Assembly (NCBI GenBank): GCA_965248575.1
Contig: CBDFJQ010000002.1
Coordinates: 832,001-896,000 of the forward strand
Direction of reading: 5' to 3'
Source: Planctomycetota bacterium
GTDB taxonomy: Bacteria > Planctomycetota > B15-G4
Length of the DNA stretch: 64,000 nt
The position numbers and the translations under genes were made by a program. Positions 19,590 through 27,814 of the stretch are shown in pieces; the stretch's first letter is position 1, and each line of letters begins with the position of its first letter. The notes under the pieces are model-generated. The model searched no databases and had not been told where the DNA came from. It was given only the letters and a program-made list of their open reading frames with translations.

Positions 19590-20219
19590 TCACCAGCGCC
19601 TGGGTCGTGGCAACCTGTCGATCCGCCGACAGATCTCGTCTGCCCACTCCGTGCCGTCGTAGAGTTTCAGCATTCGGGACCAGGCCTTCCGCTCGGCGCC
19701 GAGGTCGTGTTCCACCCTCACTTTCGTGGCCCCTTCGCCGTACTCCACGACGGCGCGCAAGTACGTCAGCTCTCCGGGGCGCATGTCCACCGTCAGGGCG
19801 TCCCGGAGGCTGGGCGAAGCACCATCCAGGAAATCATGCTCCGCGGGGTGACCACACCAATGCGCATTCGAGTAGACGCTGTGCATGCTCCATGGACCGG
19901 GTGCCATCCGGGAGAAGGCGACGAGGTAGCTCCCGGAGGTGTATCCGGAGAGCAAGATTCGGCCCCAGTCGTCCGTCGGGAGCGCATCGGCAGACACGAC
20001 CTTCGACGTCTCGTCTGCCTGCTGGATCCAGGCCCTCCGCACAGAGTGCCGCTATGAATCCTCGCTACACAAGATCTCGAACTCCACCAGGAGCAGGCCG
20101 TTGGAGCCCGGAGTTCCCTGAAGCCTGGGCCGATGCAGCTTCTCGATTGCGATGCACCCCGTGCACGACACGCCAAGGATGAGAGCGGCGGCGATGACGT
20201 GAATCGAAGGAAGCGTCAT
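19590..20219 (-). pseudogene. Putative lipoprotein gene interrupted by an in-frame TAG at 20052-20054
   Basis: MTLPSIHVIAAALILGVSCTGC signal/lipobox-like start; the frame continues EDS*RHSVRRAW into the 150-aa ORF 19590-20042. Confidence 0.55.
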
Positions 20220-20311
20220 GTCCTGTCCCAATCGATGGCCTTGGGTGCAGCAGGCCCTGATGGCAGAGTCTCCATCGCTCGCATGTGTTGACGCGTCGCC
20301 GCGCCGACATG

Positions 20312-20422
20312 GATGAGCGCCGCCAGCTTCTCCAGGAACGACTGCGGCTCGAAGACCACCCGCGTCGTGCCGTCCGACCACGGGCGCCGCAGGTCGTAGA
20401 CGATGCGGCCGTCCGGATGAGG
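20312..20422 (-). pseudogene. IS91-family (Y2 rolling-circle) transposase fragment
   Basis: PDGRIVYDLRRPWSDGTTRVVFEPQSFLEKLAALI resembles the C-terminal block of IS91-like transposases. Confidence 0.7.
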
Positions 20423-20437
20423 ATAAGCACTACGTTC

Positions 20438-20725
20438 ATGGAGACGTCGCACACCTACTCCGCGAAGCGGACGCACATCTTCGAGTTCATGCACATCGCC
20501 ACGCACGGCGGGAGGATCGCGTACATCGTGCAGCCTGGAGGCGATCCGCCCACGCTCTTCCGGGCGGTGAAGGTCACGGAGGAGGAGGCGGTGTTCGAGC
20601 GCCCTGATCACGACTACCCGCAGCGGATCCGCTACGCGAAGACGGCGAGGGGGATGACCGCGACGATCTCGCGGATGGACCGGACGCCGGCGACGGACTT
20701 CGTGTTCGAGCGGCGAGCGGAGTAG
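20438..20725 (+). pseudogene. 5'-truncated DUF6265-like protein
   Basis: FEFMHI...YIVQPGG...AVFERPDHDYPQRIRY; no signal peptide, abuts the IS fragment. Confidence 0.55.
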
Positions 20726-20786
20726 CAGGCGTTCTTTCTCGTCTCGGGTCGTACCGTCGCGCAGCTTGGATCACCTCTCTGCTGCA

Positions 20787-22718
20787 CTACAGCTTGATGC
20801 GAAGTTCTCCGGTCGGCGTCTTGTACAGATCGCCCGGACTGAGGCCGCCGACTCCAGCTGTAGGGTCATCATCGTGTGTGGGCAAGGAAGAGATGTTGAC
20901 CCCGCCGAGAGCATCCAGCCGCAGCACCGGACCACCCAGGGCGCTTTCCAGGATGTACTCGTCTGAATTGTAGTTCGGGAACAAGCGCCAGCCGTTGTCG
21001 GGTCGGGCTGTGTTGATCTGGTTGATGCTCGCACCGACCGTCTGTCCCCCCTCGAGGTGCAGCGCGTACTGAGGGCTTTCCTCGCCGACACCGATGAACC
21101 CGGTGCCTGCGATCACGAGCTTGTCATCACCCGCCTTCAGGTAGTTCCCGCCGTTGGTGTCGAGGAGCAGCACGTCGTCGGTGTTCGTGGAGAGTTGGAC
21201 GGTGTTGCTGATCTGGTTCATCACGCTGCCTGAGTAGATGAACTGTGGGTTCGCGTTGAAGCTCAGTGACCCGAGATACAGGTTGGTGTAGTTGGCGAAC
21301 GTGCAGTTCAAGGAGCGGAAGTCATGAGGCCCGTTGCTGAAGAGGATCGCCGTGTCGTTGTATTCGAAGTAGCAGGACTCCGCGGAGACGGATGAGCAGC
21401 CGTCGACCTCCAGGCCCACGCCACCGTCCATGCTGGTCATGTGCAGCTTGGTCGCGACGCCGTTGGTGTAGACGTTGGTCTCATATCCAGTGATCACGCA
21501 AGCGCTGATCTTGCTGTCATTGCCGGCGCTGTTGCCTGCCTGGCTCCCGCCCATGCGAATGCCATAGCTACCCGGCCAGTCATTCTGGTTCGTGTAGTTC
21601 CGGATGATGCACCCACGCACCGAGTGCCTGTACGCGGCTCCGATGCCATGGTCCATGTGGAAGTCGATCCCTCGGTAGACCGAGTACATCTCGATGTCCG
21701 TGAACTTGCATTGAGAGCCCTGAGGTCGTGCCGGGGTGTTCTCGACGCGAAATGCCGTGGCCTGCAGCAGGGCGGCGGTCTGCCTGATGTGCCCACCGAT
21801 GAAGCTGTGCTTCTCGCCGCGGATCGTGAAGAGCGGGCTCGCATCGTCATCGATGTAGAGATAAGCCCCTCGCATGACGGTCGTGATCGGGAATCCCGAG
21901 TCGAGGACGACACCCGAGAACGCATAGGTCTCTCCGGGCGGGAACACGACCGTGTGTCCTGAACCGTTGCTCTGGGCGACGCTGATCGCTTGATCGTAGG
22001 CTGCTTGCACGGCTTCGCGAACGGTCGGGTACTTGCCGATGAAGTCCATGACGTCGACGGAACCGGCAGTCGTGCAGCATCCGTTCGGTGGGCACGATGG
22101 ATTGCGCGCCGGAGAGCCGATGCGGGGGCGACCGCCGAGCGTTACGCCTCCTGCGCCCGGGCCGACGGTCGACATGCTGGCGCCTCCGGGAGGAGCGGCG
22201 CCGATCGTCGTCTGCCCACGGGCAGGGCTCCGCGGAGGTGTGCGGTCGAAGTCCCCGGGGGCCAGCGCCCAGAAGAGCACGTCGCCGCCGACGTTGTGCA
22301 GGACGAGGTCGAGGAGGCCGTCACCGTCGACATCGATGTGCTCAGCGCTCTTGCCCGGGCCTGTGTCGGCCAGGCCCAGTGTCTTCGTGGCATCGCGAAA
22401 GTGTCCGCTGCCGTCGCCGAGCAGCGCGACGTTGTCCTTGGGCGACACCAGGTACAGGTCAGGCAGGGTGTCGCCATCGAGGTCGCTGACGAGCACGTTG
22501 CTCACCATGACCGTCGGCAGCCGTTGCTGCACGGGCCTGAAGGTCTTGGTGCCGATGTTGATGGCCACGGAGACCGTGCCGCCCGGACCCAGCGTGAGCT
22601 GATCGAGGAGGCCATCGCCCGTCACGTCCACCAGGCGGACGGCAGCGGAAGTCGTGGTCGCCTCGACGCCCGGCTGGAGAGCGGCAAGGGTGAGCGAGCA
22701 GACGATGAGCCACGACAT
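20787..22718 (-). CDS. Secreted FG-GAP repeat protein with pectate-lyase/tailspike-like beta-helix region
   Basis: Signal peptide; DVTGDGLLD, DLDGDTLPDLY and DVDGDGLLDLV repeats; AVQAAYD...TVVFPPGETY beta-helix start; Asn/Gly/Ser-rich body. Confidence 0.65.
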   Translation of the reverse strand: MSWLIVCSLTLAALQPGVEATTTSAAVRLVDVTGDGLLDQLTLGPGGTVSVAINIGTKTFRPVQQRLPTVMVSNVLVSDLDGDTLPDLYLVSPKDNVALLGDGSGHFRDATKTLGLADTGPGKSAEHIDVDGDGLLDLVLHNVGGDVLFWALAPGDFDRTPPRSPARGQTTIGAAPPGGASMSTVGPGAGGVTLGGRPRIGSPARNPSCPPNGCCTTAGSVDVMDFIGKYPTVREAVQAAYDQAISVAQSNGSGHTVVFPPGETYAFSGVVLDSGFPITTVMRGAYLYIDDDASPLFTIRGEKHSFIGGHIRQTAALLQATAFRVENTPARPQGSQCKFTDIEMYSVYRGIDFHMDHGIGAAYRHSVRGCIIRNYTNQNDWPGSYGIRMGGSQAGNSAGNDSKISACVITGYETNVYTNGVATKLHMTSMDGGVGLEVDGCSSVSAESCYFEYNDTAILFSNGPHDFRSLNCTFANYTNLYLGSLSFNANPQFIYSGSVMNQISNTVQLSTNTDDVLLLDTNGGNYLKAGDDKLVIAGTGFIGVGEESPQYALHLEGGQTVGASINQINTARPDNGWRLFPNYNSDEYILESALGGPVLRLDALGGVNISSLPTHDDDPTAGVGGLSPGDLYKTPTGELRIKL

Positions 22719-22964
22719 GAGCGGATCTCCCGATGAACGGAGCCCCGCCGTGGCGCAAGACCCGGGGAAGCGGAACCCGGTGTGCAATCCCGAAGGACGA
22801 CCAGTCTACTCGCGATCGGGATTCCCGGGGTTTGGAGCAGAGTGCGTTCCTGGGGACAGCGAGTGTCCTGCAGAGGCGCGAGCTGCGTGCCGAGGATACG
22901 CGAAACAAAGCCCCGCGTGTTCCGTGACGAGCGCCCGTTCAGCGGGCAGAATCGCTAATCGAGC

Positions 22965-23041
22965 TGGTCGGGGTGACTGGATTCGAACCAGCGACCTTCT
23001 GCTCCCAAAGCAGACGCGCTACCAAGCTGCGCCACACCCCG
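22965..23041 (-). tRNA. tRNA-Pro(TGG)
   Basis: 77 nt CGGGGTG...CACCCCG-ACCA; anticodon arm TCTGC-TTTGGGA-GCAGA; GGTTCGAATCC T arm; encoded CCA. Confidence 0.97.
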
Positions 23042-23159
23042 ATCTTGAAGCGGGGGGAGTCTAGCCCGGACTTCGGTCGGGGTTCCACCGCTGCGAGTGG
23101 AGATTGTGGGCGCTTGGGGTGCTGGCCCACACGGCAGCCCTCGCCGAACCCCGGCTGCC

Positions 23160-24593
23160 CTACTTGTCGCCGTTGAGCCGGGTGGGGTTGATGCGGTTCT
23201 TGATGGCCCGGAAGACCTTGTAGATGGGCGTGCCTGGGTAGGTCTTGAGGGCGCCCTCGAGATCGTCGACCCGGCCCCGCAGGTGGTCCCGCTCGGCCTC
23301 CAGGGTCTTGGCGTAGAGTCGCAGGCGCTCGCGCTCGGCGTTGGCTGCTGCCGCTTCGGCTGCGTCCTCCGGGGCTAGCTGGGAGGCTGGGTCGCTGCCA
23401 GTGCCGACATCGCCGTCGGGGCTGGCTTCGGGAGTCGCTGTGGTGGCCTCCAGCTCCTGCTTCAGCTTTTCCATGCGCGCGATGACGTCGGGGTCGAAGC
23501 CGCGATGCTCACCACCCCCAGGGCGCGTGATGCGCGAGCGGCCGTTGGCCCCCGGCATCACCGTCAAGGGCTCGCCGTTGAGGGTGTGGGGCACGATCTC
23601 GTTGGTGCTGATGTCGCGCACTTCCTTGAGCTTGTACTCGCCCAGGGCGACGTCGCTCAGGATGGGCGCGAAGTAGGTGCAGCCCTCGAAGTAGTAGTGG
23701 GTCACCTGGCTCATGCGCGTGGCACCGTGCTTGCTGATGGCCGAGCCGCCGTGCAGCAGGTTGCTGGACCAGATCAGCGCCGTGCCCTTGGGGATCTCCA
23801 GGCGCTTCTCTTGCAGCCCGTGGGTGTTCACCACGGCGCGCACATAGTTCTCGTAGTGGCCATAACCACCGCCGTGGGCGGTGTAGCCGGCTTGGCCCCA
23901 GAGACCTAGCTGGGACAGCTGGACCTCGGGTAGCTTGTGGCTGCCGGGGTAGTAGACCAGCGCCCCGTTCTCGAGCGTTGCGTCCTCGAGGGCGACCCAA
24001 ACACCACACATGAACCCGGCCGGCAGGCAGCTGAAGTGGATGGCGTCGCTGTGCGCCGGCTGCTCCGTGCCGTACAGGAAGTTGAGAGTCTGGAAGGGGA
24101 TGGCGCGGCGGCCGTAGAGCAGCTGCAGCAGCTCCAGGATCTTGGGGTGGGCCGCCAACTGCTGCACCTCATCACAAGCCCACCAGGCATCGAGGCGACG
24201 GGCGGGGTCCAGCTTGAACAGCTCCTGGACGTGGCCCGGAAGGGTGGGAATGGTCTTGGGGTCGAACAGCCACGGATAGTGGCCCACGATCTTGTCGATC
24301 AGCTCGGGCTCAAAGAGGTTCTCGAGCACTACGAAGCCATTGTCATGGTAGTCCTGGGCCAGGCCCTGCATCTCGTCCGAGATGTGCGCAGCGGACAGGA
24401 TGGAGTCGAAGAAGACGGACTCCACGGCGGGCACGTTGAGGGCCTTGGTGTCCCCCAGGAAGCCCGAGACGCTGGAGCGGTCGTCCTCGCTCAGTGCATC
24501 CGTCTGCCCTGCGGCAGCCGGCTTGCCCTCATAGGAGAAGGGGCTCGCGGGCAGGTCAGCCTGGGCGTCAGGTTCCTGAGTGTTCCCATCCAA
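23160..24593 (-). CDS. Phytanoyl-CoA dioxygenase (PhyH) family Fe/2OG enzyme with coiled-coil tail
   Basis: QPAHSDAIHF (HxD), GVWVALED, YPGSH, NLLHGGS. Confidence 0.85.
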   Translation of the reverse strand: MDGNTQEPDAQADLPASPFSYEGKPAAAGQTDALSEDDRSSVSGFLGDTKALNVPAVESVFFDSILSAAHISDEMQGLAQDYHDNGFVVLENLFEPELIDKIVGHYPWLFDPKTIPTLPGHVQELFKLDPARRLDAWWACDEVQQLAAHPKILELLQLLYGRRAIPFQTLNFLYGTEQPAHSDAIHFSCLPAGFMCGVWVALEDATLENGALVYYPGSHKLPEVQLSQLGLWGQAGYTAHGGGYGHYENYVRAVVNTHGLQEKRLEIPKGTALIWSSNLLHGGSAISKHGATRMSQVTHYYFEGCTYFAPILSDVALGEYKLKEVRDISTNEIVPHTLNGEPLTVMPGANGRSRITRPGGGEHRGFDPDVIARMEKLKQELEATTATPEASPDGDVGTGSDPASQLAPEDAAEAAAANAERERLRLYAKTLEAERDHLRGRVDDLEGALKTYPGTPIYKVFRAIKNRINPTRLNGDK

Positions 24594-24752
24594 GGCGAGC
24601 GTCTCCGGCCACGTGCAGGTGAATCAGGCTCGGGGACGATCCAGTCAAGCGCTGGATTCGGCCTGTAGGAGCGCTGAGGCCGAAGTATAGAACATGCACC
24701 GGACACGAAAAGGAGCAATCGGTCGCCTGATGGCTCCCGAAGATCCTGAGGC

Positions 24753-25388
24753 CTAGAGACTCGAGCGAACGACCCCGACAACCATGCCTTCGATCTCCAC
24801 GTCAGGCTGGGACAGGATCATCGGCTCCAGGCGCTCGTTGGCGGGCTGCAGGCGGACGTGGTTGCGCTCCTTGTAGAAGCGCTTCACGGTGGCCTTCTTG
24901 CCGCCAGTGTCCTCGTCATCGATGCGCGCCACCACGATCTGTCCGTTCTCGGCGGACTTGGCGGGCTGGACGATGACCAGATCGCCGTTGCAGATGTGGG
25001 CATCGATCATGGAATCGCCTTCGATGCGCAGCATGTAGCAGCTGTCGAGATCCCGGGCGAGGTCTTCCATGGTGAAGGCTTCTTCCGCCTCCACTTCTTC
25101 GATGAAGGCGCCTGCTGCCACACGCCCACGGATGCTGAGCACGCGCGCTGGAGGGGCGTCGGCATGACCGGGCTGCGAGCCGTTCTCGACCAGCTCGATG
25201 GAGCGCTTGCGATTGGCTTCCTTGCGGATCGCGCCCTTGGACTCCAAGGCTTTCACGTGTTCGTGAATCGTGATCTTGGAGACCCCGAAGTACTGCGCCA
25301 TCTCTTCGAGGGTGGGGGAGATGCCCTTGTCCGCAATGAACTCGCGGATGAAGGTCAGGATGGCGTTCTGCTTCTCAGTCAGGAACAA
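24753..25388 (-). CDS. lexA: SOS transcriptional repressor LexA
   Basis: LTEKQ...SPTLEEMA wHTH; VAAG cleavage site; GDSM catalytic Ser; ATVKRF catalytic Lys. Confidence 0.95.
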   Translation of the reverse strand: MFLTEKQNAILTFIREFIADKGISPTLEEMAQYFGVSKITIHEHVKALESKGAIRKEANRKRSIELVENGSQPGHADAPPARVLSIRGRVAAGAFIEEVEAEEAFTMEDLARDLDSCYMLRIEGDSMIDAHICNGDLVIVQPAKSAENGQIVVARIDDEDTGGKKATVKRFYKERNHVRLQPANERLEPMILSQPDVEIEGMVVGVVRSSL

Positions 25389-25764
25389 AGCGCTCTGCCT
25401 CGCTTTTGGGAACGGTCAGGTTTCGCGCGAGTGGCGGAGAGCCGAGCGGGTGTGGCTTCCGTTCGCGCGATGAGAAAAAGGCCGGTCAACCCCGCGGACT
25501 CCCAGGCGGCACCGAAGGGAGGCGGTGGTGCATCCTGATCTTGTAGATGGCGGTGAAGTCCGAGGGGTTGCCCGGCCGGGTCGAAATGTGGTTCGAAAGA
25601 TCCGAAGCGAAGGACTGCGCGGACGCAGCAAGCTGGGCCTTCGGAGAGGGTCTCTCAAGCGGTGCAGGGAACACCGCTCGGCCGGGAAGCCGGCGGCAAG
25701 TCGTTCCGTTCAAGACTCGATAGTGGGTGGCAGACGGGATCAAGATTTCTGGCTCGTGAGCAGC

Positions 25765-25905
25765 TCAGATGAACAGGCAGGCGAGAAACATGAGCAGCAT
25801 GGCGACCAGGGCGAGCGTGTCGCTGCGCACGATTTCCCGTATCATTCCGAGGTGTTTCGCCCGACTTTGGATACGGGTGGAGAGGGCTGCGATGGCGGCA
25901 GTCAT
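25765..25905 (-). CDS. Small (46 aa) membrane protein
   Basis: ATG with GGAG upstream; C-terminal hydrophobic LALVAMLLMFLACLFI. Confidence 0.45.
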   Translation of the reverse strand: MTAAIAALSTRIQSRAKHLGMIREIVRSDTLALVAMLLMFLACLFI

Positions 25906-26205
25906 GGTGAGATCGAAGCTCCAGTCGAGAAGTAGCGATGGAAGGGCCCGAACGACTTTGTTCGGCTTCCGTAACCCTAACATCGGTGCAACATTCGGGA
26001 TCTTCGGTGCTTGTTAGGAAATACTTTCGGTTTTCGTTCGGGTGGCGATGCGCTTCGTATGGGAGAAGAGACATCCGGCCCCGAATCTGCCACGGAGCCC
26101 CCGTTTGCCTTCCTTCGCTGAAGAGTTCGCGTCTTGGTCTTGAGTGATTTGCAGCCGCCCCAGCAGCCCCCGCTGCAGCCCCCCCTGGAGCTAGCGGGGC
26201 CGAAT

Positions 26206-27801
26206 GTGCCGCGGTATCTGGTGCACATGAGCCCCCTGCACCTGCCCAGCCTGACGGTGGATGTGCTGGTGGTGGGTGGTGGCGTCGCGGGCCTCAGCGC
26301 GGCCATCGCGGCCGGCGAGAGTCGCAGCACGCTGGTCGTATTCAAGGGTGCCCGCAACAAGACCGCCACGAACTGGGCGCAAGGGGGGATGGCGGCCGTG
26401 CTGGGCGACGACGACAGCCTGGCATCCCATGAGGCCGACACGACCGAGGTCGCTGGTGGGCTAGCGCATCAGGACGTCGTGCGCGAGATCGTGGCCGACG
26501 GTCCCGAGGTGGTGAAGCGCTGGCTCGGATGGGGCGGGCAGTTCGACCGCGATGAGCACGAGCAACTCAAGCTCGCCATGGAGGGGGGCCACTCGGTGGC
26601 GCGCATCATCCACTCCCATGGCGACCAGACCGGCGCAGAGATCCAGCGTCTCTTGGTTGCCAAGGCCAGCAGCATGGACAAGGTGGAGGTGCATGAGGAC
26701 ACCTTCGTCCTGGACCTGGTGACCCAAGGTGACAGCGTGCACGGTGTCATCGCGTGGAGCCATGAGCAGGGCTACCACGTGATCTGGGCCGGCTCCACGA
26801 TTCTCGCAGCGGGTGGTGTGGGGCGCGTGTATCGCGAGTCCAGCAACCCCAAGTCTGCCACCGGTGACGGGCACGCTCTCGCCTATCGCGCTGGTGCTCG
26901 CATGCGCGGGATGGAGTTCGTGCAGTTCCATCCGACCGTGCTCTACGTGGCGGGCATGGCGCGCTTCCTGGTGAGCGAAACGGCGCGCGGCGAAGGGGGC
27001 AAGCTGGTCGATCGGACAGGCGAGCGCTTCATGCCGTCCTATCACGAACGCGCCGAGTTGGCGCCGCGCGACATCGTCAGCCGCTCGATCGTGACGCAGC
27101 TGGGCAAGGTGCGCGACAGCAATGTCTATCTCGACATGCGGCACCTGAGCGAGGAGCGCCTCAAGGCGCGCTTCCCCGTGATCTATCGCGCGTGTGCCGA
27201 GTTCGATATCGACATGGCGAAGGACCTGATCCCCGTCCACCCTGCCTGTCACTACATGGTGGGTGGAGTGGAGACCGACACCCACGGCCGCACCAATTTG
27301 ACGGGCCTCTACGCCTGCGGCGAGGTGGGTTCGACAGGTTTCCATGGCGCGAACCGCATGGGCAGCAATTCCCTGCTGGAAGGTGCGGTCGTGGGGCATC
27401 GTGCCGGCGCGCACGCTGCCGCATCCGAGCGCAGCCCGCGCGTGGCGACGGATGCAGAGCCCCACCCCGAGCGCGCTCACAGCACCGCACTCGACCTGCA
27501 CGACATGGACAACGCCCTGCGCTCCACCATGTGGCGGCTCGTGGGCATTGAACGCGAGGAGCTGGGGCTGTCCTCTGCGACCCACCGGATCGAATCCTGG
27601 CTGCACATGGTCAGTCAGCGCGTGTTGGGTGACCCCTTTGGCTGGAGTCTGACCAACAAGCTGCTGACATCGGCGCTCATCACGCGTGCAGCTGCGGCGC
27701 GCCAGGAGAGCAGGGGGACGCACTTCCGGCGTGACTTCCCGGCGCTGGACGACTCCCAGTGGCGTCGCGACATCGTCATCGTGCGGAGTGACCCTTCATG
27801 A
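26206..27801 (+). CDS. nadB: L-aspartate oxidase
   Basis: GGGVAG, WAQGG, EGGHS, QFHPT, ELAPRDIV, HGANRMGSNSLLE, ESRGTHFR; start uncertain (26134/26206). Confidence 0.93.
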   Translation: MPRYLVHMSPLHLPSLTVDVLVVGGGVAGLSAAIAAGESRSTLVVFKGARNKTATNWAQGGMAAVLGDDDSLASHEADTTEVAGGLAHQDVVREIVADGPEVVKRWLGWGGQFDRDEHEQLKLAMEGGHSVARIIHSHGDQTGAEIQRLLVAKASSMDKVEVHEDTFVLDLVTQGDSVHGVIAWSHEQGYHVIWAGSTILAAGGVGRVYRESSNPKSATGDGHALAYRAGARMRGMEFVQFHPTVLYVAGMARFLVSETARGEGGKLVDRTGERFMPSYHERAELAPRDIVSRSIVTQLGKVRDSNVYLDMRHLSEERLKARFPVIYRACAEFDIDMAKDLIPVHPACHYMVGGVETDTHGRTNLTGLYACGEVGSTGFHGANRMGSNSLLEGAVVGHRAGAHAAASERSPRVATDAEPHPERAHSTALDLHDMDNALRSTMWRLVGIEREELGLSSATHRIESWLHMVSQRVLGDPFGWSLTNKLLTSALITRAAAARQESRGTHFRRDFPALDDSQWRRDIVIVRSDPS

Positions 27802-27814
27802 ACGGCGGCCGCTC

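Larger units (their letters stand above)
19217..23041. mobile_element. Degenerate tRNA-Pro-integrated islet without integrase
   Basis: Bounded by the intact tRNA-Pro and its 52-bp 3' repeat; contains pseudogenes and a transposase fragment. Confidence 0.7.

Noticed and set aside
20052..20054. Programmed amber readthrough (pyrrolysine)
   Set aside because: No pyl genes are in the window, TAG ends many genes here, and the neighbourhood is decayed; a nonsense mutation is simpler.
26151..26190. Imperfect 12-bp repeats (QPPQQPPLQPPLE) near the nadB start
   Set aside because: Short low-complexity tract, probably upstream of the real start; no functional evidence.
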